In this document: piece after piece, positions 39,419 through 51,822 of the stretch | Numbering within the stretch: position 1 is the first letter of the stretch | Layout of the letters: each line of letters starts with the position of its first letter | Origin: Podarcis gaigeae | Taxonomy: Eukaryota | Length of the DNA: 64,000 nucleotides | Strand: one strand, 5' to 3' | Assembly (NCBI GenBank): GCA_964106915.2 | Contig: OZ066914.1 | The notes under the pieces: generated by a model | What the model was told of the DNA's origin: nothing | What the model saw: the letters and a program-made list of their open reading frames with translations, nothing else | Databases searched by the model: none | Made by a program: the position numbers and the translations under genes

Positions 39419-40485
39419 TAAAACGCAGACCTGTGCCTAGAAAAGCAGAGCAAAGGTACAGTAAGTGCGGACGAGCCCTCAGTCTGAGTTTTCCACTTAT
39501 TGGAGCAACATTCAAGCCTGCCCTGTCTGGAGTCCAGTTGGAGCTCTCCAGGGTGCTGCCCACCTTCCTTGTCTGCCTTTTATTTTTACTTAGCCTGACC
39601 CTGCTTACCCTATGCTACTGAAAATGCAGACATGGGACCATGTGGCCAGGGGCTTGCTGTGTACAATAAAATGTTCCGAAAACTATGGGCAAGCACACAC
39701 TTAAAATTTGCAGCCCTCAGAACAATAGGTGTTATAGCTTCTAAATTATAATTGTGGAAGGGGAGACCAATAGATCACTTCTGGAGCAAAGCATTTCAAG
39801 CCATACAACTGATTTGTGTGCAGTAAGAGGATATATTGAATGCAGCACAGAGCAGTGAGCCAGAACTTGCTACCTGAATGAAGGAAAAGATGCTGAAAAT
39901 TTTCAGGGTTTGTTTGTTTGTTTTTTAAGGAGAACTGGCAGGAAAAATGAAATTTGGGATAGAGTGTGGGACCAATGAAGACTCCCAAAAGTAGGAGGCC
40001 TGTAGGACTGACAGAACCACTAAAGCAGGAACCATCTTGCCTATAAGCCAAAGGCATAATTGTTAACCAGAGGGTTGGTGCAACATTGTCTTGTAAGTAC
40101 CATCTTTGTACTCGGAGATAAATAGGGCTATTTTATCCAGCCCACAGCTTTATGGGCTTTTCAATTGAGGTAGTTCAAAGTTGATTTAAGTAGCTTTGAA
40201 AGCGGGGGGAGGTTTAAAAGTTCACCCGACAGCTCCCAGAGTCTTTTACTGATAAAAGTTGGCAGATATTTTCATAGTTTGAGCCTTTTTATCAGGGTAA
40301 TTTGATCATTAGAGCTCCTACTCACGCAGCAGAGACTCAGTTGAGACTTGACCCGGCGCCATCTTCCCCAGAAGTCCTCCAGAGGGTTGGTGGTTGAGGC
40401 CACCCAGGGACAGCTGTGGAAAGGATTCCTGCACTGAAGGGGGATTGACTAGATGACCCTTGGGGTCCCTTACAACTACAATTCT

Positions 40486-40589
40486 TTTTTTCTTTTTTTA
40501 TTAAAGATCTTCCTGATTTACAAAAGTGAGTGCAATGTCTGTCTTTCGTATCCCCCCCCAATGTAACATTTTTACAAATCAGTTTCATT
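40486..40589 (-). mobile_element. Short polyA-tailed retro-insertion (probable L1 3' tail)
   Basis: T-tract and TTTATT at left; perfect 16-bp TSD TTACAACTACAATTCT (40470-40485 / 40590-40605) inside a CR1-type SINE tail. Confidence 0.75.
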
Positions 40590-41764
40590 TTACAACTACA
40601 ATTCTATGATTCTGTGGATCAGCAGCCTGCTTAGCATAAGGCTAGGGATGAGAGGGATGGACTGGTTTCTATTTGGGAATTGTTTGGCTTCTAGAGGGTT
40701 ATCAAAAACAACTACATACTTGTGACACAAGACTCTACTGTGACTGTTCTGGGATTCCAACTGGATTCCACACCACCAAGTTGTGCATTGCATTGACCTG
40801 ACACTGATGAACAGAGAACTAAAATACAGAAATTGTCCACTCCTAACCATCCATTAAGTAGTATGGGATATATCCCAAGCCAAGGGCACCTTGGGGTTTT
40901 ATGTAAAGAATGCATTCTGGCTTATAGAAATGGCCACAGAGTCAAGCTTATTTTACCACTTTCGCAACTCGGGAAGCCCTTCTGTGGAAATCCAGCTGCT
41001 CCCTCATTATTCTCTCTTAGACAATCCTCTGTAAATGTTTTCATTTTAAAAGGCCTTGAGTGTGTAATTTCTGCTGCTGTTTAAAAAGCAGCTGGCTTGA
41101 TTGCCATTTCAGATTGCATTGTTTTCTTAACCTATATTGTTCATAATATGTGGCTTTGTGATTGCTGCATTGCATTTTCATTGATGAAAGCCGCATAGGC
41201 ACCGGCCTTGCTCCAGATGTGTTCCAGCAGCACATACTGAATCAAGAGATCTAGGCCAGCCTTGGCCAATCTGGTGCCCTCCAGATGTTTTGGATTACAA
41301 TTCCCAGCAACACCTACCCCTAGTGTAAGTGTCAATTAAGAGGAAAAAGCAGGGGTGGGGACCCTTTGAGCCTCCAGTTGTTGCTGGAGCATAACGGCCA
41401 TCATCCCTGGCTATTGGCCATTCTGGCTGAAGCTGATGGGAGTCAGAGAATCAGACAGGAATAATTCAGTGACACAGGTGGAAGGCATAAACTGAGGGAA
41501 TCACAACCACAGAGTGACTCGGCAGAACAGCAAAGGGAGAGAGCAAGGTAGAGTTGAGTTCAGCAGGTTTGGTTAGGAAGAAAGAGGGTTTTCTTTTTTT
41601 AGATAATGCTTGACACTTGTAATAGTGACTGGTGTTCTCTCCATAGTGAACTAGATTAGGTAGAATATTATACTACTAATTTAAGATCTCATCGAAGCAA
41701 AAACTGGAGATTCCTCATACTATTCTTTAGCAAATAGCCCTAACAATTCTAGTAACTATTAAAC

Positions 41765-42325
41765 AAGTATGCAGATGTTGATCATCAGGTTTATTTGTAT
41801 ATTTAGATGTGTAAAAACCTTTTGACAAAGTCCTTCACCAAAGGTTCCTGAGCAACCTTAGCAGTCATGATAAGAAGATGGTTCGTCTTATGGCTTAGTA
41901 AGAGTGGGAGGTAATGGAAAAGCCTTGCAGTGGTGGGAAGTAAAAGTAGAGTTCCTCAAATATCTGTACTGGGGGCAATGCTGTTTATTTGCTCATCAGT
42001 GATCTGTTAAAAAGGAACGTTGAATTGGCCAGGTGTTGGAATGACACCAAATTATTAAGGATGGTGAAAAGCCCATTACACTGCAAATATAAAGGGTTCT
42101 CTCTAATCCAGATGAATCGACAAACAAGGTTCAACATAGGGGTAAAGTAATGCACATATCTTCAAATATACACCAAAAGGGTCTAAACTGATGGTGACTA
42201 ACAAGGAATATGATCTTAGGATCATGGTAAATAATTCAATGAAAACTTAAATTAGCATGCTACAGCTGTGAAAAAAGGCAAATTATATGCTAGGGGTCAT
42301 GAGGAAAGGGACTGAATATGCCCTT
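41765..42325 (+). mobile_element. Old CR1 RT fragment
   Basis: Degenerate RT-like DNA (...TTTGACAAAGTCCTTCACCAAAGG..., GGAATGACACCAAATTA, AAAAAGGCAAATTATATGCTAGGG). Confidence 0.6.
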
Positions 42326-43056
42326 ATACACTCATGGAATAAAGTTCTAACTTTTTCTTTAAAAAAAAAAATAGAATTTGTGCACCATTTTTCTAATTAC
42401 TGAAAAGCAATTAATGATTCAATAACAAAAAACCCCCGGCTCTCCCTGCCCCATCTCAAAACAGCTACCACAGTGCTGGAAATACTACAACCCGATAAAA
42501 TACTACAACTTGATAAAGCTGACCGGCAGCAGATTCCAGACAGAGAAAAGCAAGAACGTTGTCACACTGCACGTAATTAATGGCTGGAGTTTCCTGGCCC
42601 CAGATGTGGTGACAGCCATGTGCTTCGATGGCTTTAAAAGGAGATCAGCTAAAGTGCATGGGGTGAGCTGACTAGTGCAATTGTCTCACTTGGTTGGAGC
42701 GGTGGTTGGAGCCATTGCACAAGGCTGCGTGGTCACACTTTCCTGACTTATTTGCCCCCAACTGCTTCCTTCCTTGCCCCCCTCTCCACCCTCCTGCTGA
42801 AGTAAAATGGTTTTGCCCAGTTCTCTCGTTTGGTTTTTAAATTGAACTGTTACCACAAGCATCGGCACTAGTGATGCTGAGAGCAGAAACAATAGTGCTA
42901 GCAAGGAGAAAGGACTGGATATATGTCTGGGAGGAGGAGGCCTGCCGGTCTGTCTGATCACGCACACATTAATCCCAGTAGTGGGGCATTACCAGCTTCA
43001 TAAGTGCAGTCTTAACCACTCAGCTCAAGCCCATGCTGCCACCAGAATCTCCTCAC

Positions 43057-43236
43057 CAGTGGTGTAGCGTGGGGGGTGCAGGGGGGGCCGGCCGCACCGG
43101 GCGCAACATCTGGGGGTTAGGGAAATCCACGGGTTAGGGGTCGCAAATCCACAGGTTAGGGGGCACAAATCCATGGGTTAGGGGGCGCAAATTACTTGCC
43201 TTGCCCCGGGTGCTGATAACCCACGCTACGCCACTG
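43057..43236. mobile_element. hAT MITE with an internal G-rich tandem repeat
   Basis: TIR CAGTGG(T/C)GTAGCGTGGG, perfect 8-bp TSD CTCCTCAC. Confidence 0.88.
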
Positions 43237-43367
43237 CTCCTCACTGCCTGCCTGCCTGCCTTCCCTTGCTGGCTTTCAGCCTCCAGACACGACAAGCCAG
43301 CACATTCAAGAGTACAGTACCTGCCTCACACCCAAAGTGTGGGTGCTGCTAGAGTAGAATATCAATT

Positions 43368-43436
43368 TATTACAAATATGGAATGGGTATTATTACAAAT
43401 ATGGAATGGGTATTATTACAAATATGGAAAGGGTAT
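43368..43436. repeat. 23-bp tandem repeat x3
   Basis: TATTACAAATATGGAATGGGTAT x3 with one substitution. Confidence 0.9.
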
Positions 43437-43444
43437 AGAATGCC

Positions 43445-43935
43445 AGTCCACAGAGCAAAGTGGTCAACTGGGCCTATATCAGTGATGGCTCTGACCTGGA
43501 GAAATGCTCTGTCCCATGAGACCAGGGCCCTGCAGGATTTAACTTCCTTCCGCAGGGCCTGTAAAACAGAGCTATTGCGTCTGGCTTTCAATTTGAATTT
43601 AGCCTAATCTTTAATTCCCCTTCCTTCCCACCCCCTTCCCTTTTTATGAAGATTACCCGCTCCGGGATCCCACAGCTAATTCTCCCCTGGTCTCCTCGCT
43701 GGCCCGAATAGGACTAATTTAGCCAGCTAGCCCTGGTGATTATCTAATGTTTATTGGATGCATTTTCCCTCTAAATTGATTTTTGATTTCTGAATTTATT
43801 GTTATCCTTGTTTTATATTGTATTTTATGCTTTTTTTGTTGTGTCAATTGTTTAAAATATGCTGTTGGCCACCCTGAGCCCGGTTTTCTGAACCAGGAAG
43901 GGTGGGGTATAAATAAAAAAATATTATTATTATTT
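43445..43935 (+). mobile_element. L2-type LINE 3' fragment
   Basis: ISVMALTWRNALSHETRALQDLTSFRRACKTELL C-terminal motif, then a 3'UTR and AT-rich tail. Confidence 0.65.
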
Positions 43936-44189
43936 ATTAAGGTGATCGCACAGATACACTGGTCCCAAGTTGTTAAGGGCTTTATATATTATTAGTAACA
44001 CATTGAACTTGGCCCAGTAGCAAACTGGCCACCAAGGCATAAGTGTTTCATGCGAATAAGGTCTCCATCCTGTCAGCAGTTATACTGCAGCATTCTGCAC
44101 TAACTGCGGACAATTTAGACTTCAGTGTTGAAATACAAACTCAATTTGGATTGTACAAGGCAGATCTTTTTTATGCTTGGTGTCATTTT

Positions 44190-45547
44190 TAAAAAAAATA
44201 TATATTCAAAAAACAGACATACAGAGAATGAACAGACATACCCAAAAATAGACATACAAAAAAAAGAAAAAGAAACTTACATAGTACATAAATGAAAACC
44301 AATACCGTCTAATATGTCCCCATGTGACTTCCCTTTACCACCACTCGACATTCTGTCTAGTTATTAATCTTATTAACTTTGCGTCTTTTAAATATTATTC
44401 CTTATTTATCTATTTTGTCTGATTATCTACTCTACAAACTTAGTCTATGCATATCAACATATTATCCTTAGAACAGTATTTTTTCATACAGTCCCAAAGC
44501 ATTTCCATTCCTTCGTTAATTTCTGGTTTGTCTGATGTCTTATGGCTGCTGTTAACTTCACCAGTTTTATAAGTTCACATAGTTACTTATCCATTCATCT
44601 TTTGTTGGGATAACAACTCCCAATTTTTATCAAGTAATAATCTGGCTGTGGCTGTGGCATATAAAAATAGCCTTTTCTTATCCTGTGGGATGTCTTTTCC
44701 CAAAACACCTAATAAATGTGCCTCTGGTTTCTTTTCAGTAGAAGTTTTAAACATCTTTTTTAGCTCTTCATGAATACACCCCTAGATTTTTTAAATTTTC
44801 TCACAGCCCCACCATACATGAATCATTGTCCCCTCCGCATTATTACATTTCCAACATAGATTGGTTTTTAAGTTATATATCTTGGCGAGTTTGGAAGGTG
44901 TCAAATACCACCTATAGAACATTTTCATTATATTCTCTTTAACAGTGTAACAGGCAGTAAAGCTGATGTCCAACCTCCAAAGCCTTTCCCACTGTTCCAT
45001 ATATATTGCGTGGCCGATATCTTGTGCCCATTTGACCATAACTTCTTTTAGTTCCTCATCTTTTAGATTGCATTTCAATAAAAGGTCATAAGTTTTGAAT
45101 ATTAATATCTTTTTTTTTTAATAATACTTTTCGCAATTTAGATTCTTCTCTCCAAAACCCTATTTTTTTGTCTGAATTAAATACATTATTTAATTGATGA
45201 TATTGAAGCCAGTCGGTGAGGTAATGTCTTATCTCCTCAAATGTTTTGAGCTTCAGTTGTCCCTGATCTTCTTTTAATAATTGACTATAATTTGCCCAAT
45301 TACTTTCTGCATTTAATTTTTTTACTGCAAATGCCTCTAGCGGGGACAGCCACGATGGCGTTTTTGGTTCTAATAATTGTTGATATCTAGTCAAAACCTT
45401 GCATAGAGCATTCCTTACTATATGGTTAGTAAATCCTCTGTGAACTTTCACCTTGTTGTAGCCAAGGTAGGCATGCCACCCATACCTGTTATTAACACTC
45501 TCCAGATCTAATGTATCTGTGTTCTCTAGAGATATAATTTTTATCAA
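44190..45547 (-). mobile_element. L1-clade LINE 3' portion (ORF2 C-terminus plus 3'UTR)
   Basis: KMFYRWYLTPSKLAKIY...CWKC...GTMIHVWWGC zinc-binding motif; A-rich coding strand; frameshifted. Confidence 0.85.
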
Positions 45548-46815
45548 TTATAAGATTACCATCTTTTAAACTGTTTTAGAATGCCTTTTTTTCTCAAAAA
45601 AATTGCAGATGTGTTTGCCACCTTGGGCAACTTTAGGTGGAAGAGCAGAATATAACACAATAAAACTTATTGCAGAAAGCTACACTTTCCAGAGTGGCTT
45701 AACAATCAACGCCTTTTCACAGGGAACTCTGAGAATCATTTCTGTGAGGGGAATCGGGGCCTCCTAAACACTGTCAGCACCCTTAATAAACTACAGCTCC
45801 CAGAATCCTTTTGGGGAAGTCATGACAGTTTGAAGTGGTATCTTAGTGTTTTAATATTTGCTGTGAATTTGGCCTCAGTCTGGTTCCTTGTGCTTAACCC
45901 TGGTTTGTCTTTGCATGCCTGTCTTGCCCTACCATTGTCTGGCAATCATGTGTGTGAGGTCTTGTACACTGTAGGCTTGTGTCCTAACCATGGTCTACAC
46001 CTGCCAGACTAGGACAGCCACCCCTGTGCTAAGAAGACTGAAAATTTTCCACTGAGCTCAGTTGGGAAACAAAGTACAAGGCCTCAGATGCTTCTGTCAC
46101 ATGAATATTTCCATGTTTGCCATGGAGTAACATCAAGCTGGCAACAGAAGAGTCAGTAACACATATTTTCATTTTGCCACCGCTATTGAGTCTTCAGAGA
46201 GAACATGAAACATCAGTATTCTTGGAAATCAATATTAAGCCTAATGCTACTATCAACTTTATGTGAGGTTAATGGCTTAATGCTAACTCACTAACATTAA
46301 CCTTGTTTCATTCCCTATCAGAAAACCAATTGTGGCAAAATCTTGTCACTTAGTTCTATGAATGACTGTGTTTGGAAGTGAATATTTACAGTACTGCACA
46401 ACAATGGCTGAGCCCACACAATGGTCAAGTTCAAGCAACAACTCAAGGATTATTATGCCAGGAACAAGCATTGGGACTAAACACTCCCCTCCTTGCATTG
46501 TGTATGAGCTTCGGCAATGAAGATTCTTTCTTGGGTTCAGTCAGTGTTTCCCCAGTACATTCAAAACAGGGAATTCTGGCTTAATACTAGTTAAAGAATC
46601 AGAAAAATTAGCCATGAATGATGACCCAAGCCTGTCAGGAGCCACTGTGCTGATGCCATGTGTGGTTCAGGACACCACAGTCAAAGAGCATTAGGATGGC
46701 TAACTCACAACCACCAAAGTTCAGGAAAATTAGTTTGCAACTCAGGACATAGTTATGGCAACAGGCAATGACGGGTGGATTGTGATGTACAAGAAAACAG
46801 GCCTCAGATTAGTTT

Positions 46816-47100
46816 GCCCTGAGTGCTCACTGGAAGGACAGATCCTGAAGCTGAGACTCCAATACTTTGGCCACCTCATGAGAAGAGAAGACTCCCTGGA
46901 AAAGACCCTGACCTGGGAAAGATTGAGGGCACAAGGAGAAGGGGACAATAGAGGATGAGATAGTTGGACAGTGTTCTCGAAGCTACCAACATGAGTTTGA
47001 CCAAACTGCGGGAGACAGTGGAAGACAGGAGTGCCTGGCGTGCTCCGGTCCATGGGGTCATGAAGAGTCGGACACGACTAAATGACTAAACAATAACAAC
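46816..47100 (+). mobile_element. BovB (RTE) LINE 3' end
   Basis: PECSLEGQILKLRLQYFGHLMRREDSLEKTL, ends GACACGACTAAATGACTAAACAATAACAAC. Confidence 0.9.
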
Positions 47101-50100
47101 GAGAAGCACTTTGTTACAGACATTGCTTTTTTCAATAGAAAACATCTGCAGAGCCGGGTACTCACCATGAAGTTGTTACAGTAGGTGCCACACTTTGAAA
47201 ATTTGGGGGGAGGAAGGCTCCCTTGAGTACCCGGAGGGGGGGGGGACACTGGTTATAGAGCTGGATAAGTGACGGTGGCAGAGGTGGTGGCTGGGTTCCA
47301 TTACACAGAATTGGTCTTCAATGTCATTGCTTTTTGCAAATGAATGGAAAGCAGGCCAGTGATAGCTCCTTCCTCAGCTGACCTGTATGGATTAGCTGAG
47401 GGCTGTGTATGCATGCACATGAGATTAAGTGTATGAGAGCATGGGGAGACAATACCTAATGCTGCTATGCAGCCCCTGGAGAGTTGACCAAGGACGAATA
47501 TGGCCCTCAGGTCAAGAAAAGTCAGCTACCCCTGGGGTAAATGGTTGGGACAGAGAGACAATCATCATAATCAAGAAACATATACTTTCTAAGTACAATA
47601 TATGTTTCTGCATTCAAACACTGTGCATTCATGTTGCCTTTTCTAGATAGTAACAATCACTACAATAAAAGCCAATTCAAAGTTTTGTTTGTTCAGGAGA
47701 GAACATTAAATAACTGCATCACTAGCCTGACGTGGGCAACCCTAAGAGCAGCACCAAAAGAAGAGGCTGTGTGGCACAAACCATGGGGATGACAGAATGT
47801 GTGGGGACAAGATGGGGACTACTCGCCTAGGTTCCTTCCATTTAAGCCATCTGCAGAGCCAAATATCTCAGTGCAAGCTCTATGCCAAACATTCAAACAA
47901 GCTGCTTCACTTGGAGTGCAGCTGGCATGCAGCGCAGTTGACTTCATGGGCTCCACTCGCCTTGCCCAGGGTGTTATCTGCTCCCGGATACATGGACACA
48001 CATCTATAGGATAGGCAGGCTCACAGTGGACCAACACAAACTTTAAAGTGAACAAAGCTTAGTCTGTGGGGCTTATACTTTATTGGTTAATCATTACCAA
48101 GGCTTGAAAAGAAACTGAATTCTGCCTTCTTTTGGCAGGGTACCAGTCGCTAAAGGGATAACTGTGTATACCATGATCATTTACTCTCCGAAGCGGGATT
48201 GGCTTTGGTCCCATCATCTCTTTTGTGGACTAGATCTGATAGGTTGTTAAATCAAAGGAATTAATATTTCATCACCTGTTTTCGCTTGAAAGTCTGATTG
48301 GATGACTGACCTTTTCTTCTTTCTGCCCCATCAAAAACCCTTCCAACAGGGGTTTACGTCTTGCCTAATGAGGTGTATTGTCAGTGTCACTGAACCATGA
48401 TAGCCTTTTTATGAACTGTTCACTGAACAGCATCTTTCTGGACTGCAGGCCATCTTGCAAATCGCCATATGGTCCTCTTGGAAGTTTCATTTCAATGATA
48501 AAACCCCCAGGAACTGGGGCTGTAATGACATTCCCCCACCCGCCAACGCTACTTCACGTCCTCCTGATTTAAGAGGCCAACACTGCTTCCCTGGATTGCA
48601 GCACCTTTGGTGATCTCAAGTAATTTTACTTTTGACTATTGTATCAAATCCATTCTGCTACTTCTTGAAAGATATTTGTGATATTTTTAAATCATGTGTA
48701 GATTGGAGCTGCTGTTCCTCCCCTGCTATTCCCTCAAAGAGGAAAAGTTTCGTCCACTCACAACTCAAGGAAATGAATTAGAATGGGAGTCTTTCTTTAA
48801 AAGACTTTAATACCTCTTGCATGCCGCTCCCAAACTGCTCTTTAGTGCTCAATCAGAGCAAACGGCAATTTGGATTTTCTCTAGACTGTAGCTTACTCCA
48901 ATTTAAAACTAAAGAGCAGGTTTTCCCTGGGAAAGGAGCAGGGCAAGAGGAAAACCACTTGGACTCATGCGTTTTAAACGCGGGACAAGCAAAAGTGTAG
49001 ACAAGCCCTGAAATGCAGGATGTTCAAGCATAAAGCACCAAAACACCTTAAATACTAGCAACATAAGAAGAATCTGCTGCATCAGGGCAATGGCCCATCT
49101 AGTCCAGCATCCTCTTCTCACAGTAGTCAACCTGATGAAGAATGGTAGAGGGCATATAAACTAAGCCTTGCTCCTGTGATAAAGAACAGATATGGAGAAC
49201 TGCGGGGTCCAGTAATTTTTTAATCCAGGTGTTTTTTGCCAACCTGGTGCTCTCCAGATGTTTTGGACTACAACCCTCATTAGCCCCAGCTAGCATGGCT
49301 CTCCTGGATTGGGCTGAAGGAAACTGTAGTCCAAAACAGCTGGAAGGCACCAGCTTGGTGAAAGCTGCCAAGATAAAAAAAACCCAAACCATTGAGAATA
49401 GGGTACTCTTTTGCTTGCTCTCTCTTTTTCTTTTGTTGGGGTGGAGCATCAAAGGGAGGGGGAGAAATCCTCACTCTGGTAAAGCTGGAAGCCCTGTACG
49501 AAACTCCCATCAGGATGCCTCAGACACTTGGTTGCAGATGTAAAGTTCGGCAACTCAACTCCCCCTCCAGTAACCACAGATGGCAACATTTGCAATGACC
49601 TGCAAAGATGTATTACGCACAAGTCAGTTAATCTTTGGCAATTCAGTGTAGTTAAGACAGCGAGCTTAGATTAAGTGGTTTTCTTTTAATGAAAAAAGAC
49701 AGAATGCTTTCATTTTCCTACATGTCCCAGTCCGGATGCAGTTTCAAAACCTATCAAGCAATTGACTCTCTTGTTACTAAGAATGCTAAACATATTAGGA
49801 TTAATCCGTTCCCTTCGCTGCCTTTTGCAGTCGTCAACTCCTTGAAAGTCGGTTAACGTTTGGAGCCCCACTGTACATATAACCTTTGTTTTCTACACAA
49901 AGCCGTTTGAATTTTTTACTCTCAGATGCTGGGTAGAAAAGTTGTTCAATCTTGCAAACACAAACAGAAACCTAAAACCCACCCAATCCTCCAGTAATTC
50001 TGTGCTTCCACTAGTTCTCGTGTTAAAAAACTAGCCCAGTGACAATAACAAAACAAAAAAGTACTCGCAGAGAAGCAGCCGTCGCCGACTGCAAACAAAG

Positions 50101-50239
50101 GGAGCTGAGCCGTGGGCTGGGTGTCATGTTACTCAACCATCTCTTTAAATCGCATGATACTCGCCACCGCCTTCTCTCCTCTCCCTCTCTAACTCCCCCC
50201 CCCTCAGTTTTCTAAACACAACCGTGACGGACAAGCCAC

Positions 50240-50460
50240 GCTATCCAATGGCAAGGAGAAGGACAGTTTTGGCGCCTTGCCACACTTCGCCTTTCACCCA
50301 ATAAGGAGCCTGGGGAGGCGGTCCGACGCCCTGGGTAGAATGGAGCGTCTACCAATGGCAAGAGTGTTATTGCAGAGAAATAGTATTATGTTAATCGATG
50401 TTTTGCTCGAACTCACTCGGTGAGAGCTTTAAAAAGCGAGGCAGCCCCAGGCAGGCTTGC
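50240..50460 (+). promoter_or_regulatory. CDKN1C proximal promoter
   Basis: CCAAT at 50245, 50298 and 50352; E2F-type TTTTGGCGCC at 50267-50276; GC-box-like GGGAGGCGG ~50313; TATA-like TTTAAAAA at 50428-50435, implying a TSS near 50458. Confidence 0.6.
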
Positions 50461-50654
50461 TAGAAGCGGAGCGAGGCGCGGAAGGTGGGCAGGTTAAGGC
50501 GGAGGGGATCGGGGCGCGCGCAGGTTATTCCGGACCCCCAGCGAAGGGAGGCGGCGAAAGCCCAGCCCTGCTCTCCGGGGTTGTGATTTGGATTTGCCAA
50601 GGCGATCGGACCCGCTGCCTCGTCGGGCGGAGAAGGAACCTGCCCGCTCCCTCT

Positions 50655-50692
50655 TACTACTACTACTACTTCTACTACTACTACTACTACTA
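50655..50692. repeat. (TAC)n microsatellite just upstream of the CDKN1C ATG
   Basis: Direct observation; one interruption. Confidence 0.95.
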
Positions 50693-50707
50693 GGCGCCGC
50701 CACCATC

Positions 50708-51302
50708 ATGTCCAACGTGCACCTCTCGAGCGCCTCGGCTCTGGAGCGCCTGGCGGCTCGGCGGACTTTCCCGCTGCACGCTCGCACCGGGGTGTGCAGG
50801 AACCTCTTTGGCCCCGTGGATCACGACGAGCTGAACCGGGACCTGAAGAGCAAGCTGCGGGAGATCTGCGAGGACGGCCAGAAGCGCTGGGACTACAACT
50901 TCCAGAGCGACACGCCGCTGGGCGGCCCGGGCAGGCTGCAGTGGGAAGAGGTGGACGGAGGCGCCGTGCCCGCTTTCTACCGGGAGACGCTGCAGGTCGG
51001 CAAGTGCCGCTTCCCGGTGCTGGTGATCCGCTCCAAGGCGCCTCCGCCGCCTCCGGGAAGCGCGGAGGCGCCTGCGGAGGCCGATCCCCAGGGGACGGGG
51101 GTGCCCTCGGCCCCCTCCCCGCTCAGCTCTCCGGGCAAGACGGCCCCCTTGGAAAGCACTAGGTCGGCGGGCGAGGAGCGCCTCAACCAGGAGAACCGGG
51201 CCGCTCAGCTCCACAGCTACTCAGGGATTATAATCAAGCCTGTCCCGTGCGCCGCGGCGGCGCTGAAAAGGGCGTCGTCGGCCAGTGTAGCGCACATCAC
51301 AG
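50708..51302 (+). CDS. CDKN1C: Cyclin-dependent kinase inhibitor 1C (p57Kip2), first coding exon (CDK-inhibitory domain plus Pro-rich linker)
   Basis: ATG at 50708 gives [46 protein letters not shown]...[42 protein letters not shown], which matches the human p57 N-terminus (ERLVARGTFP...CRSLFGPVDHEEL...GPGRLQW...[15 protein letters not shown]). It ends at the donor CAG|GTAAGC (GT 51303-51304), phase 1. Confidence 0.97.
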
Positions 51303-51822
51303 GTAAGCAGCGCCGCCGTCGGATTGGGTTGCACTTGTGCCTGTTTTTTGGGGGGGTTGCTTCCACTTTGCCCCTCCCAGCCCGAGTTATGGGGGCGCCC
51401 CACCCCTTCCTCATCTGCGCGGCGTCTTAAAACGTTGCCCGGAGGCGCTGCCTCTGCTTAAAATTCCGCGCAGGTACCCGGGGGTTGGTGGAGCGGGGAA
51501 GGAAAATGCTTACGCAGCACATCGCCGCGGCGGCGGCTGCCTCCCCTTTGCGACGTAAACAAACCCCAGCAGCTGCGGCGCCCGCCGCTCGCCGACAGGG
51601 GGAGCCCAGAGCCAGGCGCTCCGTGGCGGCGCCCGGGCGAGCCAAGCAGGGCGGGTCCCTGCTGTGTAACGCGATTGTTTTTCTCCCGTTCCTGACCGAG
51701 GGTGGGGTGTGTCCCTTTCCAGCTCGAAGCTCTTGGCTCGAGTGACCCCCCAAAAAATAACACACACGCACAGAGTCCCTGCTAATCCCTCCCTCCCTCC
51801 TTCTCCTGGGTCTGATCCGCAG

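Noticed and set aside
43368-43436. 23-bp direct repeats as a CRISPR-like array
   Set aside because: Head-to-tail with no spacers, in vertebrate DNA; an ordinary minisatellite.
50588-50707. N-terminal poly-Leu extension of p57 in the ORF track (signal-peptide-like)
   Set aside because: It starts at TTG, the Leu run is simply the (CTA)n microsatellite, and homology begins at ATG 50708.
51303-51430. C-terminal [14 protein letters not shown]... tail of the 280-aa ORF
   Set aside because: Intron read-through; splicing at 51302/51823 restores the conserved DFFAKRKR-QTPRKRLR end.
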